From the IMG/VR virus record IMGVR_UViG_3300033067_001707, positions 1 to 27,279 of that record: a stretch of DNA of 27,279 bases. The stretch is one strand, 5' to 3'. Each line of letters begins with the position of its first letter. The stretch's first letter is position 1. Below, in pieces: positions 24,129-27,279 of this stretch. Under the pieces are notes generated by a model. That model was not told where the DNA came from and did not search any database. It was given only the letters and a program-made list of their open reading frames with translations. The translations under genes were made by a program, and so were the position numbers. Source of the stretch: a virus (lineage: Duplodnaviria; Caudoviricetes).

Positions 24129-24556
24129 GCTTCTGGCTCGCCGGTGGTGGCCAGCACGCGCAAGGTGCCGTGCTCGTCATCGTCAAGGACTTGCGTTTGC
24201 GCCGGCGCGGGCTGGCGCTTCTTCAGCTGTTCCAGCTCGCGCTGGCGGCGGATGGCGGCGTTCTCCTGGTAGCTCTGGGCCATGCACGCCGCGGCCAGCA
24301 GGGCGCAGAGGTCGCTCTTGCCGGTGCTGCCCACGCGCACGTTGCCCAGCGCATCGCAGTAGGGATCGCGGCCAGGGCTGGCGTCCAGGATGTAGCCCCA
24401 GCCCTGCGGCAGCACGCTGCGGGCGGCGGCGAAGTCCTGCATGTAGCGGGTGCGCGGGTTGGCGTTCAGCTTCTGCGCCACCGCTTCCTGCAGGGTGATG
24501 CTGGGGGCCTCGGCCTGGGCGATGGCCAGGCCCAGCTCATGCCAGGTGATGCTCAT
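24125..24556 (-). CDS. Hypothetical protein (143 aa)
   Basis: MSITWHELG...; ATGA overlaps at both ends; normal codon usage. Confidence 0.65.
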   Translation of the reverse strand: MSITWHELGLAIAQAEAPSITLQEAVAQKLNANPRTRYMQDFAAARSVLPQGWGYILDASPGRDPYCDALGNVRVGSTGKSDLCALLAAACMAQSYQENAAIRRQRELEQLKKRQPAPAQTQVLDDDEHGTLRVLATTGEPEA

Positions 24557-24771
24557 TCGGACACTCCCAACAGGGTGCGGCGCTGGTCGGGCGCGGCGGT
24601 GTAGCTGCCGGGCGGGCCCAGCAGCGTGGCGGAACGGCCCCGCAGGCCGGCGATGCGCGCGCGCTCGCCCGCCATGGTGGCGGCGACGTCGTCGCGCACC
24701 GGGGCCGGCGGCGGGATGATCGGGGCTTGCGGGGGCGGCGCCTTGGGCCCGCCGCCGAACAGGGCGGTCAT
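24553..24771 (-). CDS. Small virion assembly protein, T7 gp7.3-like (72 aa)
   Basis: LFGGGPKAPPP...RGRSATLL...RTLLG is typical of the small gene that normally precedes the portal. Confidence 0.7.
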   Translation of the reverse strand: MTALFGGGPKAPPPQAPIIPPPAPVRDDVAATMAGERARIAGLRGRSATLLGPPGSYTAAPDQRRTLLGVSE

Positions 24772-24783
24772 CAGAGGGCGCCC

Positions 24784-24814
24784 GCGCCGGCAGCGGCAAA
24801 GCCGCGCGAGGCGC
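24784..24814 (+). repeat. Structured repeat copy 9 (opposite orientation)
   Basis: Plus: GCGCC GGCA GCGGC-AAA-GCCGC GCGA GGCGC. Confidence 0.85.
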
Positions 24815-24839
24815 AAGACAGGGATTGCGCACCCATGGC

Positions 24840-25166
24840 CTATTCCTCGCGGGTGATGGTGATGGTGGGGCCGGCCACTTCGCTGGTGACGGTGGCGGGA
24901 ATGACGGTCAGCGAACCGGCCGCGCTGGCGGTGACATTGAAGCGCCGGCTGTTCTTGGCGCTGCCCCGGATCTGGATGGCGCAGCCCACCGGGAACAGCG
25001 CCAGGCCGTTGCCGCTGTCGGCGATGGTGCCGGGGTTGGTGAAGCTTATGCCGGTTCCGGTCACGACGCCGCCGGCGCCATCCTTGCGCTGGAATTTGCC
25101 CTGCGGCCGGCGGGTGCCGTTGATGCTGGCGGAACGGTCGTTGCGCTGGCTCTTGCGGGTGGACAT
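24840..25166 (-). CDS. Hypothetical, probably virion structural protein (108 aa)
   Basis: AGGAG RBS; basic N-terminal arm followed by a Thr/Gly-rich beta domain. Confidence 0.65.
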   Translation of the reverse strand: MSTRKSQRNDRSASINGTRRPQGKFQRKDGAGGVVTGTGISFTNPGTIADSGNGLALFPVGCAIQIRGSAKNSRRFNVTASAAGSLTVIPATVTSEVAGPTITITREE

Positions 25167-25193
25167 GAGGGTGCTCCTGCGCCTGCCGGCGCG

Positions 25194-27278
25194 CTAGTTC
25201 GCGAAAAAGTCGGTGAGGAACAGCGGCTGGCCGATGAAGCGCATGTGCTGCAGGCTCACGCGCATTTCCATGTGCGTGGCCCAGGCCGGCGGGCGGCCGT
25301 TGCCGTAGCGCTCCCCCATCGGGTCGGCCGGCGCATAGGCGCCGGTGTACCAGCTCGCCATCTGCTGGCGCGTCCAGCCCGCCATGGCCGCGAAGGGCAC
25401 GTTGAAGTCCACTTCGCCGGTGAAGGCCTCCTGCCCGACCATGGGCCGGCCGGCGCCGTCGAAGCCGATCAGGGCTGTCCAGAACCGGCGGTTGAACACG
25501 CGCACGTTGGTCTGGCTGTAGGTGAGCGTGACACCCGCGCCGCCGCCGGTGGCGGTGCTGGTGGCCGCCGCGCCCGCGCGCACGGTGTAGGTGGTGCCGC
25601 CGGTGCGGGAGACGATGGTGCGGGTGCCGTTGATGCTGCCGGCCGCGATGCCGCCCACGCCGGCCGCGCCGCTGATGGTCACGGTCCAGTCGGTTTGCGG
25701 GCCCTCGCCGCCGGTGAACTGGCGCGCGGCGTCGGTGATGGTGATGAGGTCGCTGCCGGCCTCGGTGGTGATGCTGCCGGCCACCACGTAGGGGCCGTAG
25801 GACAGCGGCGCCACGGTGGTGCGCTGGCTCCACCAGAATTCATCGTAGCTCGGGCAGTTGGGGGTGATCGGGTAGAACACGCTGAAATCGACGGCGCCGG
25901 TGCCGCCGGCCGTGGCGGTGATCTTGATGCTGCCGGCGCCGGCGCTGTGGCCCACGCCGGTGTCGGTCACGGCGCTGGCGAAGCCGGGCGAATTCAGCCG
26001 CGCCATCGGCATGCCGTCGGTGTAGAGCCCGCACATGATCCCGATGAGGTCGGGCGGCTCGTAGCGGCTCATGTCGTCGGCCGTGACGGGGCCGCTGATG
26101 CGCCCGGCGCCGCCGAACTTGTCCATCTGGAAGTTGCGCAGGATCATGCCGGGCATCAGCGCGTTGCCCGGGCCCAGGTGGCCGCGCGGCCAGAGGATGC
26201 GGCCGGCGCCGGTGGCCAGGTCGCCGCTGGCGGTGGCCAGGTTGTAGCAGAACGGCGGCAGTTCCATCACGCTGGTGCTGTCGCGCACTTCGATCAGGTG
26301 CTGCGCGTCGGCCGGATCCACGCCGGCCAGCAGGATGGATTGCGTGGCGATGGAAACGCGCGCCTCGCCGCGCACCTGGAACGCCACGTCGCTGCTGGGC
26401 GGGTGGAATTCCATGTGCTCGCCGCTGAAGGTGAGCACCGCGCCGCGGTCGGCCTCCACGATCTTGTCGTTGTAGTCCAGGCTGATGCCGCTGCAGCTGA
26501 ACTGTCCGCCGCCGTTCAGGTCGAAGCACAGGCCGCCGTTGTAGATGATGTGCCGGTGGATGCGGATGTTCTCGCCGGCATTGCGGCTGTTCGGCAGGAA
26601 CTGGAAGGCGGGATCGCATTCGCCGGTGCGCCCGCCCACGATTTCGTTCAGATAAGCCTGGTCGCTGAACACGCGCCCACCGGTGAAGCCTACCACGTCC
26701 AGCCGGTCGGTGTTCAGCCGCGCATCGCCCGCGGTGAAGCTCTTGTTGAGGATGCCGCGCACGCCGGAGGCGCGGCCGGGGCCCAGGATCAGGCCGTTGC
26801 GCCACACGCACCCATCCACTTCCGGCAGGCCGTAGCTCGTCCCATCGGCCCACAAGGCGGCGTTGACGGCATAGGGCGTGATGGTGACGTTCTGCACCGT
26901 CCAGTTGGCGTTGAACGCCCAAAAGGACAGCCAGGTGTCGAAGCTCTCGCCCTCCGGCACTTCGAAGTCGAAGGCGAGGCGCTCGCTGGTGAAGGTGTAT
27001 TTCACCGCGCCGTTGGCCAGCGGGTGATCCCAGGCATAGCCGCCATCGTTCACGCCGTTGGGGGTGAAGCCGAAGCTGATCTGGCGCGAGCCCAGACGGC
27101 CGGCGCTGGCGCCCTCGCTGCCGGCCAGCGTGGCGGCCACGGTCCATTTGCCGGGGGGCAGCACCAGGTGCTGGCCGAAGCCGCCGAAGCTGTAATTCGT
27201 GCTGGGGCTCCACGGGTCGGTGAAGCTGGCCACGCCGGCGCCGAACACGAAGGGCCCGGCCGGGGACAGCAGCGTGTT
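25194..27278 (-). CDS. Large spike/fibre-like protein, 5'-truncated by the window edge (>690 aa)
   Basis: Frame is open to the edge; beta-helix-like rungs (GENIRIHRHIIYNGG...GISLDYN); Gly/Thr-rich beta module at about 25530-25775. Confidence 0.65.
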   Translation of the reverse strand, partial: NTLLSPAGPFVFGAGVASFTDPWSPSTNYSFGGFGQHLVLPPGKWTVAATLAGSEGASAGRLGSRQISFGFTPNGVNDGGYAWDHPLANGAVKYTFTSERLAFDFEVPEGESFDTWLSFWAFNANWTVQNVTITPYAVNAALWADGTSYGLPEVDGCVWRNGLILGPGRASGVRGILNKSFTAGDARLNTDRLDVVGFTGGRVFSDQAYLNEIVGGRTGECDPAFQFLPNSRNAGENIRIHRHIIYNGGLCFDLNGGGQFSCSGISLDYNDKIVEADRGAVLTFSGEHMEFHPPSSDVAFQVRGEARVSIATQSILLAGVDPADAQHLIEVRDSTSVMELPPFCYNLATASGDLATGAGRILWPRGHLGPGNALMPGMILRNFQMDKFGGAGRISGPVTADDMSRYEPPDLIGIMCGLYTDGMPMARLNSPGFASAVTDTGVGHSAGAGSIKITATAGGTGAVDFSVFYPITPNCPSYDEFWWSQRTTVAPLSYGPYVVAGSITTEAGSDLITITDAARQFTGGEGPQTDWTVTISGAAGVGGIAAGSINGTRTIVSRTGGTTYTVRAGAAATSTATGGGAGVTLTYSQTNVRVFNRRFWTALIGFDGAGRPMVGQEAFTGEVDFNVPFAAMAGWTRQQMASWYTGAYAPADPMGERYGNGRPPAWATHMEMRVSLQHMRFIGQPLFLTDFFAN

Positions 27279-27279
27279 G

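Larger units (their letters stand above)
20..27279 (-). mobile_element. Temperate podovirus-type phage or prophage segment
   Basis: tRNA-derived att core plus portal, scaffold, capsid, adaptor, nozzle, ejection proteins and spike; the element extends beyond the right edge. Confidence 0.9.

Noticed and set aside
7164-24814. CRISPR array or classical GTAG-type REP interpretation of the repeats
   Set aside because: Copies are dispersed rather than regularly spaced, lack the GTAG foot, and no cas or RAYT gene is in the window.
135-25197. Many long plus-strand and alternate-frame ORFs (e.g. 962-2482, 5928-7460, 18141-20309, 8039-10273)
   Set aside because: They are shadow ORFs of high-GC minus-strand genes, with no recognisable motifs and full overlap with well-supported genes.

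Overview
This very GC-rich window is one end of a temperate podovirus-type (pro)phage with a T7/BPP-1/epsilon15-like virion module. The host is probably an alphaproteobacterium, but that is inferred only from composition and protein style. At the left edge is the 3' half of a tRNA-Thr(CGT) gene (an att core), with an IHF-like site and a perfect 17-bp inverted repeat. All credible genes lie on the minus strand, mostly coupled by TGATG/ATGA overlaps. In transcription order (right to left) they are: partial spike/fibre-like protein, small virion-like proteins, two hypotheticals, DNA methyltransferase, portal, ASCH, Toprim primase, P-loop helicase, HNH, Bbp19-like protein, two small ORFs, scaffold, major capsid, putative cement, adaptor, a nozzle split into two ORFs, GNAT/gp13-like protein, four internal virion proteins (one with a tail-lysozyme domain, one with a DdrB-like ParB domain), a beta-helix tail spike and two membrane proteins. 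No integrase, terminase or endolysin is visible. The most striking unexplained feature is a dispersed structured repeat of 9 copies: outer stem / fixed GGCA-GCGA internal loop / co-varying inner stem closed mostly by a C-GNA-G triloop. It occurs between genes and inside genes, in both orientations. A primase-helicase module embedded between portal and scaffold is also unusual. All family calls come from motif recognition by eye; no searches were run.
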